Source: Caecitellus pseudoparvulus | Taxonomy: Eukaryota > Protista > Bigyra: Bicosoecida | NCBI GenBank assembly: GCA_965644315.1 | Contig: CBFFRQ010000043.1 | Span: 248,001-312,000, forward strand | Length of the DNA stretch: 64,000 bases | Reading direction: 5' to 3' | The notes under the pieces: model-generated | The model's database searches: none | The model's input: the letters and a program-made list of their open reading frames with translations, nothing else | Told to the model about the DNA's origin: nothing | In this document: one piece after another, positions 12,090 to 25,000 of the stretch | How positions within the stretch are numbered: the first letter of the stretch is position 1 | Layout: every line of letters begins with the position of its first letter | Program-made: the position numbers and the translations under genes

Positions 12090-13508
12090 TTACGCCGTCG
12101 CATCCGCTGCACAGGCCCGCAAGACATCCAGGGCAGCTGTGGGCCCCGCTGACAGCTCATCGGCAGCGGACCCCCCCCTGGCCAGCAGGAAACCCGCGTA
12201 CCCGAGAGAGTTCACCTCCACCGCGCCCTGGCGCCCGGCACAGCGGGGCACCACCAGCATCCACCGCCGGGTGAGGAGGAGGGAGTACGCCGCTGATCCG
12301 TCGGTGATGGCGCCCGCTGCCGCCGCCAGTGACTCGAAGATGGTTTCCAAGTACGCCCCCGCCTGGCGCCCCCCCTGCAGGTGCACGCCTTGCCCCAGGT
12401 ACGCCAGGGCGTGGGGGATGCCGGCACGGGCATAGGCTGTGATGGTGAGGGGTGTTCCGTGTTCCGCACCAGGGGGGGTGGTTCCCGCTGCGATGGCGGA
12501 GTCCAGGGGGATGCCCGTGATGGGCAGCGCGTCGGGGGGGGTGGGGTGCTGGGAGTGGGCAGGTGTGCCGGCCAGGGCCAGACCCCCTGCCGTGGCTGCA
12601 GCACGCACGCTGCTGAGGGGCAGCAGCTGCATGTGCTTGCGGGGCTGTGAGGCGCCACTGGCCGTGCCGCAGTTGAAAAAGCCCAGAGCGTCCAGGCCCC
12701 GCACGCCGCGCCAGAGGGCCGTCCACTCCGGCACGGTCAGAGCAGATGTCTGCTGCACAAAGGTCTTGGAAACCAGCAGGGCGTGGTGGGGCACGACGGG
12801 GAACTTGTTCAGCACCTGAGCGCGCGAGGGGGGCGCGTGCACGGGACGGTGGCGGCGCTGGCGTGGTGGGCGGTGCAACGCACCAGGTCGAAGCCGTGGA
12901 ACGAAACGCTGTCCACGTGCAGGGCAGGGTCCACGTGGGCCAGGGCGTCCACTGGCTTGGCCCTGGACGTGACGTTCTTGTTCTTCTGCTCAATGGCCGC
13001 GACGCCAGCAGTCGCCACCCAGAACTGTGCACGCGCGCATCAACGAGTGACGGGGACTGGCCAGCGGAGTGCCGGGGCACACGAGCGCGGGAGCAACGAG
13101 GCACGTGCACTGTAAAGACTGCTTCAGCAGCCTGTGCAACGGAACGCCTCCCACTCGCGCGCAAGGCAGGGAGCGTGCACCGCCCAGAGACGTGGGAAAC
13201 GCGAGTGAAACCTCACGGTGCACATCACGCAGGGCGTGAGGCCCACGCACCTGCACGCCGTCGTTCACGACAATGTGGGGCTTTGTAGCCAGAGGAATGA
13301 CCTTCCCCTGCTGCACAGCCGCGTCGTACTTGGCTTCCAGCGTCGCCTGCAGCTCGGCTGGGTCCACGCCTTGCTTCGGCGCAGGCTGCGACAGCCACCA
13401 GACGACGGCCGCCGCAGTGCCGACGGCGGCCGCCCCCAGCAGCACCTCCTGCTTGCGTTCCCGCCAAGCCCACACGGCCTTGCGTGCGATGCCCTCCAAC
13501 GCTTCCAT
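12090..13508 (-). CDS. APA2: Ap4A phosphorylase / ATP adenylyltransferase (APA1/APA2 family), 3 exons
   Basis: LNKFPVVPHHALLV, FFNCGTASGASQPRKHMQLLP, YSLLLTRRWMLVVPR and VNSLGYAGFLL motifs. Confidence 0.9.
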
Positions 13509-13681
13509 GCCCCTGCCGTTCGTGTCCTACGCGGCACCTCGTGGTGGCGTGCGCGTGGCGATGCTGCCTGGCTGCAGACAAGGCAAGTGCAGCGAGAAGG
13601 CATTACATTGCGTGTGGAGTGTGTGTCTTTTGCATCAGGTCGGAGTGCATGGGCCACTCGCAGGCGCCCGAGGGGGGGGGG

Positions 13682-15068
13682 TCACCTTCCCTCGCTCTCT
13701 GGCGCTGACGCTCTGGCCAGCGGCGTGGCTGACGAAGCTGCCCCCGCCACAAGCAACGCCCCTGCCTGCTGCTGCTGCACCCGCCACAAGTACAGCGCCG
13801 CCTTGAACGCCTGGAAGGAGACAGCCAGGTCCCCCACCATGTGCTCGTGCGCCTGGCCGGTGCGTTTGTCGAAACGCACGACACGGGCCGACACCGCCAG
13901 GCTGGGGCGGGGCGCCAACCCCCCCCCACCCTCCGCCCCAGGCACACCTGACGTGGAGCTGAGGTGACGGGTGGCCAGGCCACCCCCCAGTCCACCCAGC
14001 ATGCCGCCTCCCCCGAGACCTCGACGGGGGGGGGGCTGAGAGGGGCCGGTGCCACCCACCTGCACTGCGGCCCGTGTCACACGCTCCTGGGAGTAAGCGT
14101 CACTGTCATCCTCGCCGTCATCAGCGGAGGGGGATGAGGGGGGGGCTGCAAGGGGGGTCGCTGCAGGCACTCCCCCCCCTCCTGGCGCATGGGCCGTGAT
14201 GTAGCTGATGTGGTCTTGCGCGGCGGAGGGGGGTAGGGGGCGTGCCCCGGGGGGGGGCTCCATCTCCCCCCCCGCGTACATCTCGGCGAAGGCGTGCGTG
14301 TACGCCGCCAGCTGCAGCGCGTAGGAGGCGTGCACGGAGTTGGAGGTCTTGAAGTCCAGGATGTGCACGCGCCCCTCGGCGTCCGTCGCCAACGCGTCCA
14401 GTGCGCCGGCGTACTGGTACGTCTGGCTGTACACGACGGTGTCCCCTCTGGGGTCCAGCGTCAGCCCACTGCCCTCCAGCCAACGACGAAAGCCATCCAC
14501 CTGCACGAGGGGGAAGTGCGGCACGGGGTGCACCGACAGCCCCCGGCCACGGCTCAGGCGGCGAAACGCACCACCTTCTGCACTGCTGGTGTGACTTCCG
14601 GCACCGGCTCACCCCGCACAATGGCATCCATGGCGTTGTGCGCCGCCGTGCCGAACTCCGCAGCTGCGTCACGCAGGGCGTTGGGCTGCCCCTTGGCTTT
14701 CTCGGCTGCCCCGTGCAACCAGGCAGGCGTGACGCCTTCCTCCTGTGAAACGCCAGCACGCCACAGCCACATCAGCGCAGCAGGGGCAAGTGCGGCAACG
14801 CGAGCACACACACCGTCCGCAACTGCGCCTTGACATCAGAGTGGAAGGTGTTCACTGACTGCGCGACGGCCCAGTCTGTCAGCCCGCCCTTGTCCAGCCC
14901 TCCCAGCACTGCGAAATGCGCGAGCAGGTGTTGCCTCCAAATTCCGCAACCTCGCCCCGCCAGGCACCCACCACTCGTCACCGACGGCATCTTCAGCCCA
15001 GAGTCCAGGAGCTGGTAAAATCGATTGCCCTTGTCGTACACCCTCTGCATGGCGATGCGCCCTGCCAT
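13682..15068 (-). CDS. Phage-type PD-(D/E)XK exonuclease, MGME1-like (spliced; start may extend to ~15197)
   Basis: RFY...MPSVT/VL..LDK..L..WA, GTAAH, YAGALDAL, ILDFKTS and YALQLAAY motifs. Confidence 0.8.
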
Positions 15069-15308
15069 TGTGGCACTGCTGCGCTGGAGGGGGGGACGAC
15101 GCAGGCTCTGCCTGCTGAGCCACTAGCACGCGGAGCAGCCCCTGCTCTGTGCAGCGAAGAAACGGACCTGCCACCCAAGGTGGCAACTGCGTGCATTGTG
15201 CTTGTGCTGTGTCGAGTTAAAATTGCACGTGGCCCGCCCGAGCAGCGCTCCGCCACTGCTGTGCCCCAAGCGCAAGTCACACCTGTGCCAACCTCCAACG
15301 CACCCCAA

Positions 15309-16366
15309 GGGCTGCACGCGGTAAAGTACATTGACGAACATTCCAACATAGCGTAGAAGTCCATGTCACGCACTTTTGGCGCTGGAAATGCCGCACCCAA
15401 GCGGGCTCCGTCTAGTAGCCATCTTGTACCCGCACAAGAACAGTATGGCGTCTAGTACCCCCCCCCGCCTTGTAGCGCCTTGTAGCTCTCTAGTACCCCT
15501 GCCGTGGAACGGTGACGGAAGGGCTGCACGCGGTAAAGTACATTGACGAACATTCCAACATAGCGTGGAAGTTCATGTCACGCACTTTTGGCGCTGGAAG
15601 AGCCGCACCCAAGCGGGCTCCGTCTAGTAGCCATCTTGTACGCGCACAAGAACAGTATGGCGTCTAGTACCCCCCCCGCCTTGTAGCGCCTTGTAGCTCT
15701 CTAGTACCCCTGCCGTGGAACGGTGACGGAAGGGCTGCACGCGGTAAAGTACATTGACGAACATTCCAACATAGTGTACAAGTTCATGTCACGCACTTTT
15801 GGCGCTGGAAGATCCGCACCCAAGCGGGCTCCGTCTAGTAGCCATCTTGTACGCGCACAAGAACAGTATGGCGTCTAGTACCCCCCCCGCCTTGTAGCGC
15901 CTTGTAGCTCTCTAGTACCCCTGCCGTGGAACGGTGACGGAAGGGCTGCACGCGGTAAAGTACATTGACGAACATTCCAACATAGCGTAGAAGTCCATGT
16001 CACGCACTTTTGGCGTCGGAAGAGCCGCACCCAAGCGGGCTCCGTCTAGTAGCCATCTTGTACCCGCACAAGAACAGTATGGCGTCTAGTACCCCCCCCC
16101 CGCCTTGTAGCGCCTTGTAGCTCTCTAGTACCCCTGCCGTGGAACGGTGACGGAAGGGCTGCACGCGGTAAAGTACATTGACGAACATTCCAACATAGCG
16201 TAGAAGTCCATGTCACGCACTTTTGGCGTCGGAAGAGCCGCACCCAAGCGGGCTCCGTCTAGTAGCCATCTTGTACCCGCACAAGAACAGTATGGCGTCT
16301 AGTACCCCCCCCCCGCCTTGTAGCGCCTTGTAGCTCTCTAGTACCCCTGCCGTGGAACGGTGACGG
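15309..16366. repeat. Tandem array of five 211-213-bp near-identical non-coding units
   Basis: GGGCTGCACGCGGTAAAGTACATTGACG starts at 15309, 15521, 15732, 15943 and 16156. Length differences come from a C8-C10 tract. Confidence 0.97.
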
Positions 16367-16688
16367 CAGGCCAGACCACCGCCCGCATGGCACCACGCCT
16401 TGCAGCGCAGGGACGCGCCTGCCAAGCCACCCGCCGCGGCAGACACCCCCCCTGGCGGCACTGCGGCAAGGAAATCAGGCGCACCCCACCCCCCCCTCCC
16501 CCACGAGACCTGTGCGCCTCTGCAGAGAGCACGGGGAAAAGCCGGTGCAGGGCCCCTGCCACCCCGCACAGCGCAGCATGCTGCAATGCAAACGCGCAAG
16601 GCGTCAAACTCCACGACCCGGAGGCAATGTGGGAACACAGGAAACTAAATCTTCAGTTGTAGCACTGCGCTGGCCAAGGTGCTGCAGC

Positions 16689-19059
16689 ATGTCCGCAGCT
16701 GGCCGCAGAGAGGGCGGCGCGGGAAAGGCAGGAGCGGGGCTGTCTCTCACGCTGCCCAGCACCTCTGGAAGAAGCGGAGGAAGCCACGGCTCAGCGGGCA
16801 GCCCAGGCCGATCCCCGTGGCCAGATGGAGCAGATCAATCGCCAAGTCCGTCGAAGCGCAAGGAGGGTCGCTCCCGCCTGCACCAGGCGCTGTCGGAGGA
16901 AGTCTTTGGGGCGCTCCTGCAGGTGCGGCATTTGGCATGCAGCGGCTCTGGAGTCAACCCCGCCAGCATGCCCCCAGCGCAACCCTTCGCAGCTGTGGTA
17001 CTGCACTGTGGCGGAAGGAAAGGATGTGGAAGGGCAGGTCACAATGGCCGTGGGCCCTGCACAGTTCCAGGCCATGCATGCGGCGCTTGCGCAGCATTTG
17101 AACATGCAGAGTGGCAAGGGTGGACTACCTGATGCGTGGCGCGAGGATTGGATTGCAGAAAGTGGCGGGTCAGGGTACATGACATTCACCGCCTTTGCGA
17201 CCATGCTCGTGCACTTGTCGGTTTCGTTCAACGGCTCGTGGGCGCGCCAGCCCACGCTGGTGTTTCTGCGGGCCGTTGCTCAGCACTGCGTGCGCCTGGG
17301 GCGCTGGGTGGGGGCAGGGCCCCCTTCCAGTGCCCCCTTCTCCATTGACGGAACATTCTCCACACAGGCACTGCTGCCCCACGGAGCCCTCGCGACATGC
17401 CGTGCGCAGAAGCCCAGCGAAGGCTTGCTCGTGCGCGTTGCGAGCTCCAGAAGCCTGCTCACTCGCCGTGGCACACGGCGGCGTGTCCTGTGCGCCGCCA
17501 CCTCCGCCCCGGCGCTGCTCGCGCCAAGCCATGACTCGGAGACGGCTGCAGCTCCGGGGCAGCTGGGGCCCGGCGGGGAGGGAGGCGCGTCGCGGAGTCC
17601 CCCCCCGCCTGCGGTGCCGGAGGCCACGCTGGAAGCACGGTGGCGCAGGCAGCTCCTCGCAACGACGCGCGCTTCGTCAGACAGTCCACTGGAGACGTAC
17701 TTGAACATGTGGGCGGCCCAGAGTGGCGCGGTGGCTTCACCAGTTGCCTCGCGTGCCCAGACCGCGTCGGAGTCTGCTCCGGTTGAACACGGCATGGCAC
17801 CGCCAGACGCAGTGCACGCACCGCTGCCCCAGCGAGCGGCAAAAGCGCCCCACCTTCAAGAAGGGGGTGCACCACAATTTGGCGCTGCTAGTGAAGATGA
17901 AGGCCCCCCGGCACAGCGCGAGCTTGCAGTGGGGGACCCCAGCAGTGACGAGGAAGGGGGCGAAGACGCCGGTGCGGAGACGCTAGCGGAGCGGGCGGGG
18001 GGTGCCACGCGGCGACGGGCGAGAGCTTTCACCGACGTGGAGTCCTATGCCCAGCAAGTGGCACGCCACGAGCCGATTATGCTGCCGCCCCAAGCAGACC
18101 ATGAGCGGGCGGCGCCCGCAAGGAACGCCACCGACGAAACCCCGCGCACCACCATCAGCCACGAACCAGCCCCTGCCGCCGACAGCGTCACTAGCGATCT
18201 GTCTGACCAGCAGTCCACCTCGCACTTCAGCTCCCTCACCCCACGCACTGCCACGTGGACCGCTCCCGCCCTGACTTCCCCCGCGCTGACACTGCAGCAA
18301 CCGGAAACGACTGCACAACGCGTCGCCGCCGCAGATCACGCCTACCTGACCACAGCGCTGCGCGGGCACAGCCTGCAGGCCCCACATGATGCACAGCGCA
18401 CACCTGGCGAACCAGGCACGCACGCTACCCCAGCCAGGGAGAAGACCGTTGACGCGCGGTCACTGGCGGCGTCGCAGACGCACTACGCGGATTTCTCCAA
18501 CGTTTCAGGCAGGTGGGCGCCTGCCAAGGAGTTGTCTGGGGCAAGCCTTACAAGTTCTATCCAGCTGGCATGGAAGCGGAACCCACGGCTGTGCTACGCG
18601 AAGCCGGACGTGCTGCAACTCGTGCCGCCCACGCCGCCGCGCGGCAGCCCCTACGCATCTGACGTGTACCGGCTGTACTTGCAGGAGACGGGGAGCCATG
18701 GCCGGCGCCTCCTGGCCAAGGTGGGGGTCATGTCCATGCAGGCGTCTCGGCAGCTCACGTCGCCTGAGGGTGCGCGGGGGGACGAGGAACCCGTGCCGGA
18801 ATTGGGCGGCAGTGCGTGCGTTTCCCCCACACTGCCCGCCGCCCGCCACGAGCGCTGCGAGTCGCCGCCCGTCTCCGTCTCCGACGTTGCCGCTGCCAGC
18901 ATGCATTCCTGGGACATGTCTGCGTCCCTGAGCCGGCGCCGGCCCCGCACACGGCACGCCAGGGCGCGTGTGAACACCGCCGAGCGGCCGTTTCCTGACC
19001 TGCCCCGCCCAGAAGCAGGCGACGCGCCCACCAACGAAGCAAGCGTGGCCTCCTCGTGA
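16689..19059 (+). CDS. Hypothetical protein (intron ~16923-16992)
   Basis: The exon from ATG 16689 splices in frame (CAG|GTGCGG..CGCAG|CTG) into the 744-aa ORF. A small globular segment (REDW..ESGGSGYMTFTAF) is followed by low-complexity sequence. Confidence 0.6.
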
Positions 19060-19080
19060 ACGTAATGCACATACTCCCCC

Positions 19081-22000
19081 CTATGCGTCCAGGTGCATGG
19101 CGAAGTGCACTTGCTGCGTGAATGCCGCGCGGGCCGCGTCGTCAGCCAGGTGCACCAGCAGGCGGCACCGCAAGCCCGCCACGCTCTCGCTCACGCCTGC
19201 GTGCAGGGCCCCCGTCGCAGTGCCCCACGCCCCGTACAGCGCAGCCAGCTCGCCCGCGGCACTGCGCAGCGCCATGAGGGCGTCCACTGCCTGCTGCAGA
19301 CAGCCCGCGGCAGGTGCGGACAGGTGCCCCGCGCCGCGCGCGGCCTGCCGCTGCCCCAGCACGGCCAGCAGCTCCCCACACAGCGCACGGGAGGCAAAGC
19401 GGCCAGGGGGCGGTGTGGAGCCCTGTCCGTCGACTTCACTGCCTGCGGGGTCGTGCAGGAGGGGCGCCGTGTCCACTGGCGCCTTGGCGGCGTACCCCTC
19501 ATCCGCCCACGCTGACTGGGACAGGTGACCGGAGGGGGCCAGCTGCAGGCGGCCGGGGGCTGCGGGGGCCAGGCCCAGCAACCAGCTGGTGGCCAGCAAC
19601 CCCCCCAACGACGCCGCAAAGTGGCGGATGATGGCGTCAAAGGCGCCAGCCGTGGCGTCCCCCTCGTCGTCGCTTGCGACGCCGTCGGCGGCCGAGGTGG
19701 GCCCACCCCCCGCCCCGGACTCCCCCGCGACACGGTTGAACAGCGCCTGCATCAGCCACCGCTGCAGGGTGCCTGAGCCGTACCCCGCCCCCACCCCCTG
19801 CACGTCGCTGTGCGGCACCCCCAACAGCTGGGATAGGGCGGTGGCGGAGGGGTGGGCCAAGGTCCCGCCTGCCAGGGTGCGGGGGACACCGCTGGTGCCC
19901 ACGCCACCCCACATGCTGGGGGAGGTGAAGCGTGCGAGGGGGGTGTCACCCCCCCCTGTACCCCCCTCCCCCAGCCCCGGCAGCAGCAGCGGCACGACGG
20001 GCACGGCCAAGTCCCCCAGCGACAGGCCAGCCCGTCGCCAGATGCTGGCGGCGGCCTGGGCCATGAGCGCGCCGACGGTGTTGCGTAATACGCTGCGCGG
20101 AACCGCTAATTCCGCAGGGCCCCCGTGCGGCGGAGTCACCAACGCCAGCGACAGGCGCCAGTGCCCCCCCAGCGGCCGCAGGGGGCGGGGGCCGCTGCCG
20201 GAGGACTGGCTCGTGTGGGGGGGGGGCGGCGCCAGGGCCAGCTCCAGCATAGGCGCAGGGCCCTCCGGCGCTCCCTCCACCCCCCCCACCGCACTGCCCT
20301 GCGGCTCCAGGCGCGCGACAGGCAGCCCCCCCTGCGGCAGGCCGGTGCTGGGCAGGGCCTCCCCCGCCACGAGGGCGCCGTGTGGGGCCACCACGCCGCC
20401 GACGCCGGACAGGGGGCGGTGGTGGGGGGTGGGCCCACCCCCCGCCTCCTCTGGCGGGAACAGCCCCAGTGGTGCGAAGGCCGTGTGCAGGGCGTGGGAG
20501 ACGTCCTCCCCCGCCTCGGGGGCGGTGTCCGGGGGCGGCGGAGGGGCGTCCCCCCCTGCGCGGAGCAAGTGCTCGGCAATTGCTGAAGACCCCCCCAGCG
20601 CCGCCGCCGCCGAGTCCATGGCCCGGGCGGCCGTCGTGGCGTACCAGGTGGAGGGGGTGGACAGGGGGGGTGGCAGCAGGGGCAGGCGCAGTGCGGGCGG
20701 CAGCGGCACAGCGGACAGGGCCAGGGTGCGCCGTGAGGTGGAGGTGCCGCCCCCCCCCATGGCGGCCAGGGTGCCCCGGGCGTCGGGGCTGGTGGCGGAG
20801 GGGGCCAGTGCTGCGGCGGCGGCGGTGGTGAGGTTTGAGCACCCCACGACGCAGTGGGCGAGGAGGGGCGTGAAGGCGGCAGGCAGCGTGGCCAGGAGGG
20901 CAGCGCAGAACACCCCTGCGGCAGCGGCGAACACGCGCGGCGGCACCCCTGCCGTGGACGGCGGCGCGCTCTGCAGCACCAGCGCCCCCCACGCGACGTG
21001 CCATGCAACGGTGGCGGGGTGGGCGGCGGAGGTGGCGAGGAGCCAGCGGGTGAGGGGGGTGTCGGCCAGGGCAGGGGTGTGAGGGGGGGGTGCGCACAGG
21101 GCTGCGCCGGCACTGCTGCGCACTGCTGCAAAGACCAGCGGCAGCAGCCAGGGCGTGAGTTCGTGGGGGGGGGCGGCAGCCAGGGCCGCGACGGCTGCGG
21201 CGTGGACGGCACCCCCCCCTCCCCATGCCGCCAGGGGGGGGTCCACGAGCAGCGCCACCGCGACACTGGTGGGCAGTGGCGCATGAGCCGCGAGCAGTGC
21301 GCCCACCTCCCCCGCCACGGCGGCCGGCGCCAGGGCAGGAGAGGTCATGGGGGAGGTGGCTGCCGACAGCGCCGAGGGGCGGTGGGAGGGGGGGAGGAAG
21401 GCCAGGGAGGGGGCCAGAGTGGCGGAGGGTGCCAGCGCCGACACCTGGCTCAGGGCGTGGGCGTGGGCGGGGGTGTTGAAGGGGGACGCGGCGACCCCCC
21501 CAGCTGCACGCAGCAGCAGGGGCAGCGCCTCGACATGTGGCGCCAGCTCCCCACGGCAGGCCCAGATCAGGAGGCACAAGCGGGGGGTCAGGCCACTGGT
21601 GGGCGCACCCCCCGCAGCGGGCGTGAACACGCCAGGCAACGCGCTGGGGTGGAAGGCGGGGGGGGTGGGCCCACCCCCCTCCCCGGCCCCCCCACACCGC
21701 ACTGTGCGCAGGAGGGCAGCGACGAACCCTGCCTCACGCGACGTCGCACCGGTCGCTGCGACCAGGGCGGGGAGGGGCGGCGCAGGGAAGACGTACACCC
21801 CCGTGGCGGGGGGGGGCAGGGCGTCCCGGGTGGAGGGGGGTGCCGTGAGGTCAGTGGGGGCGGCATCCCCCCCGCTGCCGGAGGGGGGGGACAACCCCCC
21901 TGCCGCAGACAGCAGGCCCCCCCCTCGTGCCAGCAACGCCGCCTGGGTGGCCTCCAGGTGACTGCTCTCCGCGGCGGCGCCGGGGGGCGCCAGCATGAAC

Positions 22001-25000
22001 GCCGGAACACGGCACTGGGAACACACGGCCCGGAACCAACCCTCCCCCTGCCCTGCGAAGGTGTTCACGGGGAGGGGGGCCAGGGCGGCGGTGGACAGCT
22101 GGGCGCCCAACACGCCCCGCTGGGCGGCTGAGGCGAGGGCGGTGACCAGCTCGCCGGCAGGCACGCCCACCCCCCCCGGGAGGGCACCCTCCCCCCCCAG
22201 AGCCCGGACAAGGGTGGCGGCGGGGCGCCCAGTGAGAGGGGGCCAGCTCTGCCCGGCGGGGGTGGGGGGCGTGTCCACACACCACACATCCAGGTCCAGG
22301 GTGCCTTGGTGGGCAGGGGGTGAGTCATGGGCCCATGCCCCGACCAGTGACTCCACCGCCGTCGGCTGGGCCGCCCCCGACGGCCGGGGCACCGCCCACG
22401 CCTGCACGGGGAGGGGGGGTGTCCCCCCCCACAACGGCAGGCGTACCCGCCCCCCCACCAGGGTGGACCCGCCCGCGCCGTGCGTGTACAGCGGCAGGGC
22501 GCCCCATGCCAGGACGACGCCGCCGCCGTCGAATGGGCCCATGGCCGCGCCCTCCTCCACGTCACCCTCCTCGTCCTCCCCCTCCCACGCGCCGTCGGCG
22601 GGCTCGCAGTCGCACGCGACCACCACCGCCACCAGCAGAGTCGCGGCAGGCGGCAGGTCGCACACGCGCACCCCAGCACCCCGCCACCCCGCCTGCTGGG
22701 GGGCGGCATGCAGTGGGGACCAGGGCCCATCCTGCGGGGGCGTGGGCCCATGCCGGCCGCTCCACGCCGCCTCCCCCACCCGCGCCCCCGGCAGGCACCC
22801 CTCACCCCCCATCGACAGGTACGCCGCAGGTCCACTGGAGGGGGGGGTGGCCGCGCCCCCCCCCACCGCCACAGCGCAGCGCAGGGATGCAAAGAGGCCA
22901 CCCCCGCGTGGCAGGGGGCCCTGACCCCCCCCGCCCCAGCGGGGTGCCCCCCCCAGCACCCCCCCCGCCAGCGCCGCCAAGCCCGCCAACAGGGCCTTGT
23001 CCAAGCTCAGCGCCACCCCTCGCCAGCCGACGGGGGTGGTGATGACGTGAGCAGGTCGCAGCGGCCGACACCCCTCCAGTCGCACGGCGGCGGAGCCCTT
23101 GGCCACGGCATGTGCGGCGGCACGCCGGGCGGTCAGGGCGGCGGCGGCGCCGTGGGAGGGGGGGCTGCCCCCGTCTGAGGGGGGGGTGGAGTCGGAGCCC
23201 CCCTCCCACCCCCCCTCCTCGGCGCCCCCCCCCATCTGGCTGGCCGAGTCATCCGGCAGGATGGGCTCCTCGGAGCCACGCCGGGAGGAGGTGGGCAGCG
23301 CCACGCCGGAGGGGGGTGGGCGCATGACTGCCGGGACGGTGGCGCCACCCCCCCCCGCATCGTGCATGAGGCCATCAGCACCATACGGCCCCGCAGCGGC
23401 GGTGCCGGCGGTGGAGAATGCGCCCACACCTGCGGCGCGTGCGCCCACCTCCCGCGCCTGCAGCACATACGCTGACACGCACTCCCCCAGTCGCCGCGCC
23501 AGCGCCACCAGCGCCTCAGCATCCCCGCTGGTCCACGGGTGGATGAAGCCCACATCGGACCCCGGCGCAGGGGATGCGCCACCCCCCTCCGACGGCCCCG
23601 GCGCACGCCCACGTAGGAGAGCCGCGGCCCCCTTTACAGCCGCAGGTGTCGCAGCGACGCCCACACAGGGGAAGCAGCCCTTGTCAGCCAGCACCAACAC
23701 GCCTGCCAGGACACGGCGGTCGCCCGAGGCGGGGCCGCCGTTGGCGCCCGGAGACAGGTCATTCAACCCGCCCGTGTCGCCGGCAAAGGCACCCTCGCCG
23801 GCGTCCCCACCCGCCCCCTCATCGTGGTGCGTCACGCCAGGTGTGTCATCAGCACTGAACAAGTGCCCCGGCAGTGTCGTGAACACCGGCACGTACGCCG
23901 CGTTGCGGGCGGCCGCCAGGAAGGGCAGGGCGGCGCCCTCGACGTCGGCGTCAAATTCCGCATCCGCCCCCGTGTCCCCCACCAGCGCCAGCGTGCCTGT
24001 GGACGCGACCGTGGCCAGGATGCCGTGGGGACTGAAGCTGCGCCCGACGCCCCTCAGACGCCCCACCGGCGTCACGCTGCCTGCGCCGGCACGGTGTGAG
24101 AGGGGCGGCAGACGGGCGGCACTGCCGTGCGCGGGTCCCGCACTGCCCACGTCCGCCGCCGCACCCGCGCTGACGAACGCGTTGGTGTGCTGTGCGCCGG
24201 TGAGGGCGGCGGACACCTTACGCGCCGTGGATGCGGTGAGGTGCACGGGGGCGCGGCTGGAGGGGGCGGCGCCCGTGGCCAGGACACGCTGGATGGCCAG
24301 CGCGTGCTGGCCGTCCATCTCCACAAACGCAGCGGCGCGGACGCCCCAGTGTCGCGCTGCGACGCCCACTTGCAGTTCCAGGGTGCGGAGGGGGGACACA
24401 CTCGGCCCCCCGGGCGCGCCACACGCCAGGGCGGCGAGGAGGGGCGCCTGCTCCAACGTCGCACGCGGCAGGCGGGCCAGGCGGTCCAGCAACGCAGCAG
24501 AGGGCTGGGGGGGGGGCACGCCCTCCATGGCGGCCGCCACTGCGGCGTCCGCCTCGGCCGCCCCCAGCGCATCCAGCAACACGCCACCGTGCCCCGCCCC
24601 CCCCGCGTGTGGGCCCATGTCCAGTGCGAGGGGTGGCGCGCCACACAGCGTGCCCGCCAGTGCTGCGAGGCAGCCTGCCTTGCGGGCGGCACGCACTGCA
24701 CCGGCGAAGGCGGCGTCCCCCCACAGCAGTGCGTGGGAGGGTGCTGTCTTGCGCACCTGCACCACATCCAGCACAGCGTCGGGCGTCCATGCGTTGAGGA
24801 CGAGGGCGGGGGAGGTCAGGGCGCCCGTCAGCAGGCGGTGCGACAGCGTGAACACGTGGGCCCCCGTGGGAGTCACCCAGCCGTCCAGGTGGGGGGTGGC
24901 GCCACCCAGGCCGCCAGGCATGCTGGCCCCCGCACCCCCCCACACACCCCCCCCTCCAAAGGTGTGCCCAGGCAACAACACCCCCGCCTCGGCAGGTGGG

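Noticed and set aside
15309-16366. CRISPR array with a Cas4-like neighbour
   Set aside because: Units are ~212 bp and near-identical with no unique spacers. There are no cas genes, and the nuclease is spliced and lacks the Cas4 Cys cluster.
15309-16366. 5S rRNA, snRNA or protein-coding repeat
   Set aside because: No recognisable 5S/snRNA sequence. Unit lengths of 211-213 bp break frame, and the short ORFs contain stops.
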